A stretch of 32,000 nucleotides of DNA. Origin: Halomicrobium mukohataei DSM 12286 (GTDB lineage: Archaea > Halobacteriota > Halobacteria > Halobacteriales > Haloarculaceae). The stretch covers positions 930,001-962,000 of the forward strand of contig NC_013202.1 in NCBI RefSeq assembly GCF_000023965.1, written 5' to 3'. Every line of letters starts with the position of its first letter. Position 1 is the stretch's first letter. Made by a program: the position numbers and the translations under genes. Of the stretch, positions 7,623 to 16,635 are shown in pieces. The notes beneath the pieces were generated by a model that was not told the DNA's origin, did not search any database, and was given only the letters and a program-made list of their open reading frames with translations.

Positions 7623-8024
7623 TCACTCCACCGTGATCGACGTGCCGCCGTCGCTGGACTGCTTGCCCAGCTCGACGGTCAACACGCCGTCGTCGTAGCT
7701 GGCGGTCGTCGCCTCGGGAGCGACGGCCTCCGGGAGGCGGACCGTCCGACGGGCGGCCTGTCGGGGTCGTTCCCGCTTCACGTAGCGACCGTCTCGGTCC
7801 GGCTCGTCGTCGGCCGCACTGATCGTCAGCAGCGTGTCGTCTTCGAGGGTCACGTCGATGGCGTCGCTGGACCGGCCCGGGAGGTCGGCGCGGACGACGA
7901 TCTCCTCGCCCGTATCGAGCACGTCGACGGGAACGCCCGTGCGCTCGGTGCCGAACTGCTCGCTCACGAGGTCGAAGGCCCGTTCCAGCTCTTCGAAGGG
8001 ATCTGTCGGTGTCGAGTCGTCCAT
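7623..8024 (-). CDS. hsp20: Hsp20/alpha-crystallin small heat-shock protein
   Basis: MDDSTPTDPFEELE... followed by an alpha-crystallin domain (VDVLDTGEEIVVRADLPG...DGVLTVEL). The ATG at 8024 was preferred over the upstream extension. Confidence 0.9.
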   Translation of the reverse strand: MDDSTPTDPFEELERAFDLVSEQFGTERTGVPVDVLDTGEEIVVRADLPGRSSDAIDVTLEDDTLLTISAADDEPDRDGRYVKRERPRQAARRTVRLPEAVAPEATTASYDDGVLTVELGKQSSDGGTSITVE

Positions 8025-8106
8025 GCGTACCTGTTGGCTCGGAACCGGGATAAAAACCGTCGCTCGTACTGGGCCGGCGGTCACGCCGTGGGCCCTTCGC
8101 TGGCGA

Positions 8107-8925
8107 TCAATTCAGGACGGTCTCGGAGTCGTACGAGCCCAGTCGCTTCACCCATCCCTTCTCGGCGATGGCTTCGATGTCTGCCAGTGCCTTCTGGGTC
8201 CGTTCCTCGTAGAGGCCGGCCTCCACGTCGACGTGGAAGACGTAGTCGCCCAGCCGCTCGCCGCTGGGGCGAGACTCCACCCGAGTGAGATTGATGTTGC
8301 GGTCGGCGAACGGCTCCAGCATCTCCAGCAGCAGTCCGGGGTAGTCGACGTTGGGGTAGACGATCAGCGAGGACTTCGAGCCCGCGTCGGACCGCTCGGC
8401 GAGCGGCGCGACGACCACGAAGCGCGTGGCGTTCGAGGACTGGTCCTGGATGTCTTCGGCCAGCACCTGCAGATCGGTGCCCTCGCCGCCGTTGTCCGGG
8501 TGGCCGATACCGGCGACCGACGGGTCGTCGCGGGCGCGCTCGACGCCGCGAGCGGTGGAGGCGACGGCCTCCAGCTTGGCGTCGGGGTAGTTGGCGTCGA
8601 GGTAGGACCGACACTGGGCCAGCGCCTGGGCGTGGCTGGCGACCAGTTCGAAGTCGCCGCGCTGGGCCAGCAGCGCGTGACGGATCGGCGTGATGATCTC
8701 CTTGACGACGGCGACCTCGTAGCCCGCGAAGGCGTCGAGGCTCTCCGTGACCGATCCCTCGATGCTGTTCTCGACGGCGACGACGCCGCGATCCGCCTCG
8801 CCGCCCGCGACCGCTTCGACGATGGCGGTCGGCGACTCTCGGAACTCGATCTCGTCGTCGTCGGCGACCGAGCGGGCTGCCCGGTGCGAGTAGGTTCCGG
8901 CCGGCCCCAGCGTGAGCATCTTCAT
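8107..8925 (-). CDS. pheA: prephenate dehydratase
   Basis: MKMLTLGPAGTYSH..., the TRF motif (SNATRFVVV), and a C-terminal ACT domain with ESRP (LTRVESRPS). The ORF extension up to 9207 is spurious. Confidence 0.9.
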   Translation of the reverse strand: MKMLTLGPAGTYSHRAARSVADDDEIEFRESPTAIVEAVAGGEADRGVVAVENSIEGSVTESLDAFAGYEVAVVKEIITPIRHALLAQRGDFELVASHAQALAQCRSYLDANYPDAKLEAVASTARGVERARDDPSVAGIGHPDNGGEGTDLQVLAEDIQDQSSNATRFVVVAPLAERSDAGSKSSLIVYPNVDYPGLLLEMLEPFADRNINLTRVESRPSGERLGDYVFHVDVEAGLYEERTQKALADIEAIAEKGWVKRLGSYDSETVLN

Positions 8926-8971
8926 ACCAGCCGGTACAGCGCTCGACGTGAAAAGAATCGTGGTCGCGCGG

Positions 8972-9586
8972 CTACAGTCGCCGGAAGCGACGGTCGACGT
9001 ACCAGTGTGCCACGAGGACGACGGCGCTGGCAGACAGCGCCCCGATGCCGACGGAGCCAAGCGACAGCCCGTACACCGAGCCCGCGAGGGGATTCTGTCC
9101 CATGGTCGCCACGTAGGACCCGACGGCGTCGCCGCCGAACAGCCCCATGGCGATCGAGCCGGTCGTGATCGCGATCGCGAACCCGCCCATTGCGAGGCTG
9201 ACGCCACCGGCGAAGTCCTCGACGGTGAGGACCTGGTAGGCCTGTTGTTCGGTCAGGGGCGCGTGCTCGACGCGGTACAGCGCCGCCCCGACGAGCAAGG
9301 CGGCCGAGAAAAGCACCATCGTCCCGCCGAACGCGCCGAGCAGCGCGACCTTCGGCGTCGCGGTCATCGGGTCGGTCGTCGTCAGATAGCCGGTGACGCT
9401 GTCGGGATAGAGCCAGTAGAGTGGCACGGTCGCGGCAAGCACCGCGAGCAGGAGTCCCTGGACGCGCAGCTTCCAGGGGATCGGCTGTGTGAAAAGCGAG
9501 TCCCGCAGGACGCGCACCCGCTCGTAGGCCGAATCCGAGAGGACGGCGTCGGTGATTCCGTCGCTGCGCTGTTGTTCAGGTGACAT
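8972..9586 (-). CDS. multi-pass membrane protein, hypothetical
   Basis: 204-codon ORF with about 5 hydrophobic helices and normal codon bias. No family recognised. Confidence 0.55.
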   Translation of the reverse strand: MSPEQQRSDGITDAVLSDSAYERVRVLRDSLFTQPIPWKLRVQGLLLAVLAATVPLYWLYPDSVTGYLTTTDPMTATPKVALLGAFGGTMVLFSAALLVGAALYRVEHAPLTEQQAYQVLTVEDFAGGVSLAMGGFAIAITTGSIAMGLFGGDAVGSYVATMGQNPLAGSVYGLSLGSVGIGALSASAVVLVAHWYVDRRFRRL

Positions 9587-9697
9587 CTGTCGTCTCGTTA
9601 GGCATGCCTTTCTTAATCTCAGACTTAACGCTTTCCCTTCAATATTCGCCGGTTGTTGCGGAAAGAATACGGGTACAGGCCAGTTCCGGTGGGTTCG

Positions 9698-11116
9698 TTA
9701 CCGCGTGTGGATGGCTTCGCCGCGGGCCGCCAGCGCGGCCTCGTGGACGGCCTCCGAGAGCGTCGGGTGGGTGTGGATCGTGCCGGCGATGTCTTCGAGC
9801 GTCGCGCCCATCTCGATTGCCAGGCCGACCTCGGCGATGGACTCGGAGGCCTCCGGGCCGACGATCTGTGCGCCCAGGACGAAGCCGGTCTCGTCGTCGG
9901 CGACGATCCGGACGAACCCCGCTTTCTCGTCGACCGTCAGCGCGCGGCCGTTGGCCCGCATCGGCATCTGGCCGACGACGGGGTCGAACCCGGCGTCGGC
10001 GGCTTCCGCTTCGGTCATGCCGACGGTCCCGATCTCCGGTTCGGTAAAGACCGCGGCCGGAATCGCCTGGTGGTCCAGTGCGGCCGGCTCGCCCGCGACG
10101 ACCTCGGCGGCGACCTCGCCCTCGGCCATCGCCTTGTGGGCCAGCATCGGCTCGCCGGCCACGTCGCCGACGGCGAAGACGTGCTCGGCGTCGGTCCGGG
10201 CCTGCTCGTCCGTCGCCAGGAACCCGTCCTCGTCGGGTTCGATGCCAAGTTCGTCCAGTCCCAGCCCGTCAGTGACCGCCTGGCGACCGACTGCGACGAG
10301 TGCCTTCTCGGCGTCGAACCGCGTCAGATCGCCGTCTTCGTCCTCCGTGTGGACGACGATCTCCTCGCCCGCCTGCTCCCAGCTGTCGGCCGCCTCCCCG
10401 AAGTAGAAGTCGACGCCGATCTCCTCGGCCCGTTCCCGGACCAGCGTGGCAATATCGTCCTCGAAGCCCGGCAGTGCCTCGTCCAGCATCTCGACGACGG
10501 TCACCTCGCTGCCGAGCTTCTGGAACACCGTCGACAGCTCCATGCCGATGTAGCCCGCGCCGACGACCAGGAGCCGCTCGGGCAGCGACTCCAGTGCGAG
10601 TGCCTCCTTCGAGGAGAGGATCGGGTCGGCGTCGAACTCGAAGCCGGGGACCTGGATCGGGCGGCTCCCCGTGGCGACGATCGCGTGCTCGAACTCGACG
10701 GTCTCCGAGCCCTGTCCGTCGCCGCCGTGGGCGATCCGTGCGGTGTGCTCGCCGGTAAACGTCGCCTCGCCCTCGATCAGTTCCACGCCGGCCGACTTCG
10801 CCAGCGACTCGACGCCCCGCGTCAGCCGGGTGACGACGCCGTCTTTCCACTCGACCATCCCGGACAGGTCGACCGCCGGGTCGGCGTAGACGCCCATCTC
10901 CTCGGCCTGGCCGGCCCGGTGGGCCACGTCTGCCCCCGAGATCAGCGCCTTCGAGGGGATACAGCCGTGGTTGAGGCAGGTCCCTCCGTAGGCGTCTCGC
11001 TCGACGAGTGTGGTGTCGACGCCGAGCTGAGCGGCCCGGATGGCGGCCACGTACCCGCCCGGCCCGCCGCCGACGACCAGCAGTTCCGTTCCTGTCGTTA
11101 CGTCTCCGACGACCAT
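9698..11116 (-). CDS. lpdA: dihydrolipoyl dehydrogenase (E3)
   Basis: FAD motif VVGGGPGGY, redox-active disulfide GGTCLNHGCIPSK, and C-terminal HTHPTLSE. Confidence 0.95.
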   Translation of the reverse strand: MVVGDVTTGTELLVVGGGPGGYVAAIRAAQLGVDTTLVERDAYGGTCLNHGCIPSKALISGADVAHRAGQAEEMGVYADPAVDLSGMVEWKDGVVTRLTRGVESLAKSAGVELIEGEATFTGEHTARIAHGGDGQGSETVEFEHAIVATGSRPIQVPGFEFDADPILSSKEALALESLPERLLVVGAGYIGMELSTVFQKLGSEVTVVEMLDEALPGFEDDIATLVRERAEEIGVDFYFGEAADSWEQAGEEIVVHTEDEDGDLTRFDAEKALVAVGRQAVTDGLGLDELGIEPDEDGFLATDEQARTDAEHVFAVGDVAGEPMLAHKAMAEGEVAAEVVAGEPAALDHQAIPAAVFTEPEIGTVGMTEAEAADAGFDPVVGQMPMRANGRALTVDEKAGFVRIVADDETGFVLGAQIVGPEASESIAEVGLAIEMGATLEDIAGTIHTHPTLSEAVHEAALAARGEAIHTR

Positions 11117-11248
11117 ACCGATGCCTCACACGGCCGCCTGAAAAAGACGACTGTCCCCGGCCAGCCGTCGGCCGCCGTCGCTGGCGTCGACGGCCGTCGC
11201 TGTCAGTAGTCCGAAGCCTCATGTCTCTCAGTCCCCGACTCCGAGGCG

Positions 11249-12088
11249 ATGAACGAGTCGATCGAGTCGAACATCACGACGCTGTCGGTCGACGGCGACG
11301 ACGTCACCGTCCGATATCTCACTGCCGGTGACGGACCGCCACTGCTCTTCTTGCACGGGATCGGACTCGACGCGGCGGCGGTGTCCGGCCGGTACGCGCT
11401 GCCCGCACTGGCCGAGGAGTACACCGTCTACGCGCTCGATTTCCCGGGCCACGGCGAGAGCGAGAAGCCCCGCCGAACGTATACGACGGACTACTACGTA
11501 GACACACTGTCGGCGTTCGTCGACGAACTCGGTCTCGCCGGCGCGAGCGTCGTCGGCGTGTCGATGGGTGGTGCGGTCGCGCTCGGCCACGCGCTCGACG
11601 GCGGTCGCCCCGAGCGGCTGGTGCTCGTCGACAGCTACGGCCTCGGTGCCGACGCGTACTGGCGGACCGGTGCCAGTCTCGCCCTCCGGATCCCGTTCGC
11701 GGACAGCCTGCTCTGGGGGAGCATGGGAACGCGCGCGGCGGTCCGGACCAGCCTCCGGACGATGTCCGGGGCGACCCTGCCGGACGAACTGGTCGACGAC
11801 GTGTACGAGACGATCTCACCGGCGACCATGCGGACGCTCCGGAGCTGGCAGCGCCACGAGTTCCAGGCCGACGGTCTCCGGACCGACTACACGGAACGGC
11901 TCTCGGAGCTCGACGTTCCGACGCTGCTCGTCCACGGCTCGGCGGACCCGCTGCTCCCGGTATCGTGGTCGCAACGAGCGAGTGAGCTGTTACCAGACGG
12001 GCAGTTCCTGGCGGCGGAGGGCTGTGGGCACTGGCCACACAGGGAACACCCAGAGCGGTTCAATCGAGCGGTAACGGCGTTTCTCTAG
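11249..12088 (+). CDS. alpha/beta-fold hydrolase
   Basis: LLFLHGIG, nucleophile elbow GVSMGG, and the C-terminal His in GCGHWPHREHP. Confidence 0.8.
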   Translation: MNESIESNITTLSVDGDDVTVRYLTAGDGPPLLFLHGIGLDAAAVSGRYALPALAEEYTVYALDFPGHGESEKPRRTYTTDYYVDTLSAFVDELGLAGASVVGVSMGGAVALGHALDGGRPERLVLVDSYGLGADAYWRTGASLALRIPFADSLLWGSMGTRAAVRTSLRTMSGATLPDELVDDVYETISPATMRTLRSWQRHEFQADGLRTDYTERLSELDVPTLLVHGSADPLLPVSWSQRASELLPDGQFLAAEGCGHWPHREHPERFNRAVTAFL

Positions 12089-12702
12089 CTCTCGTCGGGC
12101 ATCTCGTCGATGAGGACGACGGCCTCGCCGTCGATGACCACGTCGCCGTCGTCGACGACGCGGGTCGTCAGGCGGTACTGGTCGTCGCCCAGATCCTCGA
12201 CGATCTCGATTTCGGCCGTCAGACGGTCGTCGATGCGGACCGGGTTGTGAAACTCCAGATCCTGCGAGAGATAGATCGTCAGCCCCGGCAGCCGCGCGAG
12301 GGCGGCGCTGATGAGTCCGCCGACGAGCGTGCCGTGCGCGATCCGGCCGCGGAATCGGGTCTGCTCGGCGAAGTCGTCGTCGAGGTGGAGGGGGTTCGTG
12401 TCGCCGCTGGCGGCCGCGAACTGCTTGACGTCGTTGTCGGAGATCCGCTTCGTGAACTCGACGCGATCACCGACCCCGAGCCGGTCGGGGTTGTCGGCGC
12501 TCAGTTCGACGTGCCACTCGGGGAGGTCCTCGTCGGCCTCGATGCGTTCTGCCGGGAGCGGCTTGCCGTCCCCGTCGTCGTCCGGTCGGACGCCGAACGC
12601 CGCGAACGCTGCCCGATTGGCCGCCACCACGCTGTTGAACATGTGTGAGGACGTTTCTGTCCACGTGTCCAACAGCGGGTTGTCGTGAGATTCAGAACTC
12701 AT
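12085..12702 (-). CDS. maoC: MaoC-like (R)-specific enoyl-CoA hydratase (PhaJ-like), hot-dog fold
   Basis: Hydratase motif SGDTNPLHLDDDFA...GRIAHG. The ATG at 12702 sits about 29 nt behind a TATA-like box. Divergent from the pha operon. Confidence 0.8.
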   Translation of the reverse strand: MSSESHDNPLLDTWTETSSHMFNSVVAANRAAFAAFGVRPDDDGDGKPLPAERIEADEDLPEWHVELSADNPDRLGVGDRVEFTKRISDNDVKQFAAASGDTNPLHLDDDFAEQTRFRGRIAHGTLVGGLISAALARLPGLTIYLSQDLEFHNPVRIDDRLTAEIEIVEDLGDDQYRLTTRVVDDGDVVIDGEAVVLIDEMPDES

Positions 12703-12726
12703 TGCTGGAAGAGCATTGGTTCCTCC

Positions 12727-12736
12727 GATATTAAAG
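12727..12736 (-). promoter_or_regulatory. TATA-box candidate for maoC
   Basis: CTTTAATATC on the minus strand, about 29 nt upstream of the ATG at 12702. Confidence 0.35.
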
Positions 12737-12876
12737 GGTGGTGGTAGTCGCTGTTCGTCGTTCAGACGGCTCCTACCGCTCGACAACGGCGCATTTCCGC
12801 CCGCGAACCTCCGTCTCGTTGCCAGGTCGGTTGCCGTCTGATGACATCTGATGGTAGTCAGTGGTGATGAACGGAA

Positions 12877-12886
12877 GCTTTATGTC
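12877..12886 (+). promoter_or_regulatory. TATA-box candidate for phaR-phaP
   Basis: GCTTTATGTC, about 30 nt upstream of the ATG at 12914. Confidence 0.35.
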
Positions 12887-12913
12887 GTTGAAAGGAATAG
12901 AGTGTAGTACCCG

Positions 12914-13216
12914 ATGACCGACGAGAACGATGTCACGATGTGGCCCCCGATGTTCAAGGGAATGCAGGAAGCGAGCGAGCAGGCGATCGAATCCCAGCAG
13001 GAGATGCTCCAGCAGATGATGTCTGCCGGCAGCAGCATGCCCGGCTTCGACATGAACCAGCTCGGTGCGATGAGCCAGATGGCGACGTTCAAGACCCGCG
13101 TCCAGAGCGGCGGACGCATCTCCATTCCCGACGCCGAGCGAGAGGCCCTCGACATCGAGGAAGGCGACATCGTCCAGACAGTCGTTCTCCCGGTCAAGCG
13201 GAACCGCACGGAGTAA
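12914..13216 (+). CDS. phaR: AbrB/SpoVT-domain regulator of PHA synthesis (PhaR-like)
   Basis: C-terminal SpoVT/AbrB-like motif (RVQSGGRISIPDAEREALDIEEGDIV). Its position directly upstream of the phasin gene matches haloarchaeal pha clusters. Confidence 0.75.
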   Translation: MTDENDVTMWPPMFKGMQEASEQAIESQQEMLQQMMSAGSSMPGFDMNQLGAMSQMATFKTRVQSGGRISIPDAEREALDIEEGDIVQTVVLPVKRNRTE

Positions 13217-13219
13217 CCT

Positions 13220-13771
13220 ATGAGCCAGTACACAACCCCAGTCACCACGGCGTTCGAGATGCAGCGCGCGACGATCGAGCAGAGCCAGAAGGCGCTCAAA
13301 CAGAGCATCGAGTTCCAGAAGAACATGAACGAGGCCATGCTCGGCAGCCTCGACAGCCAGGAGTCGGCACAGCGACGCGGCGTCGAACTCGCACAGACGG
13401 CCGTCCACAACTACCTCGACACCGTCGAGTCGACGGTCCCCGGCGTCGCACCCACCGTCGAGGAGATCCGAACGACCGTCGACGAGCAGTACGAGTTCCT
13501 GCTGGAGAACCACGCCGAGGTCTTCGAGAACGTCGAAGCGGAGTTCCACGAGGGCGCGGAGACTTACGACGAGATGACCGGCGACGTCGTCGCGGCGCTC
13601 GACGAGCAGATCGACCTGCTCGTCGAGGCCCACGAGGACCTCGAAGACCAGTCCGTCGAGGCCGTCGAGCAGTGGGGCGACCAGCTCGAAGACCTCCAGG
13701 ACCAGGTCGAAGAGGTCCAGGAACAGGTCCGCGAAGTCCAGGAACAGGCCGCCGACGCCGTCGAGGCCTAA
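13220..13771 (+). CDS. phaP: PHA granule-associated phasin (PhaP-like)
   Basis: 183-aa highly acidic coiled-coil-type protein lying 3 nt after phaR and upstream of phaEC. The call rests on synteny and composition. Confidence 0.65.
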   Translation: MSQYTTPVTTAFEMQRATIEQSQKALKQSIEFQKNMNEAMLGSLDSQESAQRRGVELAQTAVHNYLDTVESTVPGVAPTVEEIRTTVDEQYEFLLENHAEVFENVEAEFHEGAETYDEMTGDVVAALDEQIDLLVEAHEDLEDQSVEAVEQWGDQLEDLQDQVEEVQEQVREVQEQAADAVEA

Positions 13772-13782
13772 ACCGTCGCACC

Positions 13783-13787
13783 TTTTT
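13783..13787 (+). terminator. oligo-T tract between phaP and phaE
   Basis: A T5 run (CCTTTTTGTT) 12 nt after the phaP stop codon. Confidence 0.3.
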
Positions 13788-13810
13788 GTTCTGCACATCA
13801 ACAACTTACT

Positions 13811-14356
13811 ATGAGTGACACGAACCAGATGCAAGACGAGTGGACGGAGATGGTCGAACAGATGAACGAGGCCGTCTCCGAGTCGGTCGAACAGAACATG
13901 AAGGCACAGGCCGCCTTCGTCGAGTCGTGGGCCGACGCGGTCGAGGACTCGATCCCCGAGGAGGAAAACGTCGCCGAGGGCATCCAGGGGTACAACCAGG
14001 CCTACGAGGAGTGGATGAACGCCGCCGAGAAGATGCTCGAACGCACCGGCGACGCCGCCCAGGGCGAGGACGTGGACCCGACGGAGTTCCGCGACATCTG
14101 GCTCTCGTCGGCCAACGACGCGTTCAAACACGTGATGGGCACCTCCGCGTTCGCCGCCGCCAACGGCCAGCTCGTCGAGACCATGATGGAGATGCGCCAG
14201 CAGGCCGACGACGTGGCTCAGGACTCGATCGCCCAGATGGGCTTCTCGACGCGTGAGGACGTCGAAGAGGTCGGCGAACGGCTCGTCGAGCTGGAGCGTC
14301 GCCAGCACGAGGTCGAACAGAAACTCGACCGCATCCTCGACCACCTCGAGGAATAA
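13811..14356 (+). CDS. phaE: class III PHA synthase subunit PhaE (haloarchaeal type)
   Basis: 181 aa, lying 3 nt upstream of phaC. Size, acidic composition and position match haloarchaeal PhaE. Confidence 0.8.
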   Translation: MSDTNQMQDEWTEMVEQMNEAVSESVEQNMKAQAAFVESWADAVEDSIPEEENVAEGIQGYNQAYEEWMNAAEKMLERTGDAAQGEDVDPTEFRDIWLSSANDAFKHVMGTSAFAAANGQLVETMMEMRQQADDVAQDSIAQMGFSTREDVEEVGERLVELERRQHEVEQKLDRILDHLEE

Positions 14357-14359
14357 CAC

Positions 14360-15754
14360 ATGACGCCCGCAAATCCCTTCACGGCAGCACTCGACTGGCA
14401 GCGCCAGTCCCTGGAGGCGATGACGGAGGCCACCGACCAGGCCAGCGTCGCGCCCGAACGCATCGAGACGATGCAGTCCGTCGAGGTCGGCGAGACGCCC
14501 AGCGACGTGGTGTACGAGGAGAACAAGCTCCAACTGCTCCACTACGACGCCGAGGCCGCCGGGATCGACGTCCCCGAGGAGGACAGAGAGGAGGTCCCGA
14601 TCCTCATCATCTACGCGCTGATCAACCGCCCGTACATCCTCGATCTGCAGGAAGAGCGGTCGGTCGTGCGCCGCTTGCTGGAGGCGGGCCACGACGTGTA
14701 CCTCATCGACTGGAACGAGCCCTCCCGGCTCGACCAACATCTGACGCTCGACGACTACGTCAACCGTTACATCGAGAACTGCGTCGACGAGGTCTGTGAG
14801 CGCTCGGGCCAGGACGCGATCAATATTCTGGGCTACTGCATGGGCGGAACGATGTCGGTCATCTACACGGCGCTGCACCCCGAGAAGGTCAACGCGCTGG
14901 GACTGATGGCCGCGGGACTCTGTTTCGACCAGACCGGCGGCGTCCTCGAAGAGTGGGGCTCCGACGAGTACTACGATCCCGAGGACGTGACCGAGACGTT
15001 CGGCAACGTCCCCTCGGAGATGCTCGACGTGGGCTTTGCCCTGATGGACCCCGTCGACAACTACGTCTCGAAGTACATCCGCCTGGCCGAGAACATCGAG
15101 AACGAAGGGTTCGTCCGGAACTTCGGCCGGATGGAGCAGTGGCTTTCCGACGGCGTCGACGTGGCCGGCGAGGCCTACGTCGAGTTCCTGGAGAAGATCT
15201 ACCAGGACAACGACCTCTACAACAATCGACTGGAGATCGGCGGCGAACACGTCGACCTCGACGACATCGACATGCCGATGCTCCAGTTGATGGGGGAGTA
15301 CGACCACCTCATCCCACCGGAGGCCTCCAAGCCGTTCAACGAGGTCGTCGGCTCCGAGGACGTGACCACGATGGAGTTCTCGACGGGCCACATCGGCCTC
15401 TCGGTCTCGTCGAGCACCCACGAGAACCTCTGGCCCGACGTGTGTGACTGGTACAAGGAACGCAACCGACAGGCCGAAGCGTCGGACGACGACAGCGACG
15501 AGGCCGTCCCGATCGACGTGGAGTCGCCGGCAGACGACGCTGCCGAGAGCGACGACGGGGAAGCGGCCCACGAGAGTGCCGCGGACGCTCCCGACGTGGC
15601 GTCTGTCGACGGGATCGGTCCGACCTACGCCGACCGCCTGCGCGAGGCCGGCATCGAGACCGTCGACGACCTCGCAGGGCACGACGCGGCCGAACTGGCC
15701 GAGATCGCCGAAACGACCGAGTCTCGGGTCCGGGACTGGCTCGACCAGCTGTAG
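14360..15754 (+). CDS. phaC: class III PHA synthase catalytic subunit PhaC with a C-terminal acidic linker and HhH-like tail
   Basis: Lipase-box-like GYCMGG with the catalytic Cys, an alpha/beta fold, and HIGLSVS near the end of the catalytic domain. About 90 extra C-terminal residues. Confidence 0.95.
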   Translation: MTPANPFTAALDWQRQSLEAMTEATDQASVAPERIETMQSVEVGETPSDVVYEENKLQLLHYDAEAAGIDVPEEDREEVPILIIYALINRPYILDLQEERSVVRRLLEAGHDVYLIDWNEPSRLDQHLTLDDYVNRYIENCVDEVCERSGQDAINILGYCMGGTMSVIYTALHPEKVNALGLMAAGLCFDQTGGVLEEWGSDEYYDPEDVTETFGNVPSEMLDVGFALMDPVDNYVSKYIRLAENIENEGFVRNFGRMEQWLSDGVDVAGEAYVEFLEKIYQDNDLYNNRLEIGGEHVDLDDIDMPMLQLMGEYDHLIPPEASKPFNEVVGSEDVTTMEFSTGHIGLSVSSSTHENLWPDVCDWYKERNRQAEASDDDSDEAVPIDVESPADDAAESDDGEAAHESAADAPDVASVDGIGPTYADRLREAGIETVDDLAGHDAAELAEIAETTESRVRDWLDQL

Positions 15755-15839
15755 CCGGACGCCTCGACCGGAACATCACTTTCCTTCGTGGGTATCGTCC
15801 GGCGGACCGCTTTTCACGGCCGGGTGTGAACTGGTTGAT

Positions 15840-16580
15840 ATGCTCGACGGACAGACCTGTCTGGTGACCGGCTCCTCTCGCGGGATCGGACGCGGGATCG
15901 CCACGGACGTGGCGGCCCACGGAGCGACCGTGGTCGTCAACTATCGCTCCTCGGAACGAGCGGCCGAGGCGGTCGTCGACGAGATCGAGGCCGACGGCGG
16001 CGAGGCGGTCGCCGTTCGGGGAGACGTGTCGTCGTACGACGCCGTCGAACGGATGCACACGAGGATCCACGACGCCGTCGGCCCGGTCGACGTGGTCGTC
16101 AACAACGCCGGGATCACGGTCGACCGGACCTTCGGGGAGATGACCCGCGAGGACTGGGAGGCCGTCATCGACGTGAACCTCGGCGGCGTGTTCAACGTCA
16201 GCCACTGCTTCTACGACGACATCTGCGAGGCCGAGGACGGCCGTCTGATCAACGTCTCCTCGGTCGTCGGCCAGCAGGGCAACTACGGGCAGGCCAACTA
16301 CGCGGCGGCCAAGTCCGGCCTATTCGGGTTCACCCGGACGCTGGCCCTGGAGATGGCAGCCACCGGATCGACAGCCAACTGCGTCGCGCCGGGGTTCGTC
16401 GCGACGGACATGCTCGACGAGGTCCCCCAGCGCGTCCAGGAGCGGATCCTCCAGCGGATCCCGCTGGACCGGTTCGCAACGATCGAGGACATCGCCCCCG
16501 TCGTGCGCTTCCTCGCCAGCCCGGAGTCGCGCTACATGACCGGCCAGGTGATCGGCGTCAACGGCGGGATGGACTGGTAG
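15840..16580 (+). CDS. phaB: SDR-family 3-oxoacyl/acetoacetyl-CoA reductase (FabG/PhaB-like)
   Basis: TGSSRGIGRGIA cofactor motif, NNAG, and the catalytic YxxxK (YAAAK). Lies directly downstream of phaC. The role in PHA synthesis is inferred from position. Confidence 0.85.
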   Translation: MLDGQTCLVTGSSRGIGRGIATDVAAHGATVVVNYRSSERAAEAVVDEIEADGGEAVAVRGDVSSYDAVERMHTRIHDAVGPVDVVVNNAGITVDRTFGEMTREDWEAVIDVNLGGVFNVSHCFYDDICEAEDGRLINVSSVVGQQGNYGQANYAAAKSGLFGFTRTLALEMAATGSTANCVAPGFVATDMLDEVPQRVQERILQRIPLDRFATIEDIAPVVRFLASPESRYMTGQVIGVNGGMDW

Positions 16581-16602
16581 CACCTCGACGGAACGATCAC
16601 CG

Positions 16603-16610
16603 AATTTATT
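16603..16610 (+). promoter_or_regulatory. TATA-box candidate for priL
   Basis: AATTTATT, about 29 nt upstream of the ATG at 16636. Confidence 0.35.
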
Positions 16611-16635
16611 CGCCCCCGCGTGATAGGGACGGGCG

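Noticed and set aside
8921-8940. CATACCAGCCGGTACAG at the pheA start codon resembles the family-2 terminus CATACTGCCGGCTGTA
   Set aside because: There are too many mismatches and no partner arm or internal palindrome. It is treated as coincidence.
12773-15682. 969-codon ORF antisense to phaR-phaP-phaE-phaC
   Set aside because: This is the same shadow-ORF artefact. The plus strand carries four well-supported genes, and the antisense translation is repetitive (V/D/L/G/R) with no domain signatures.
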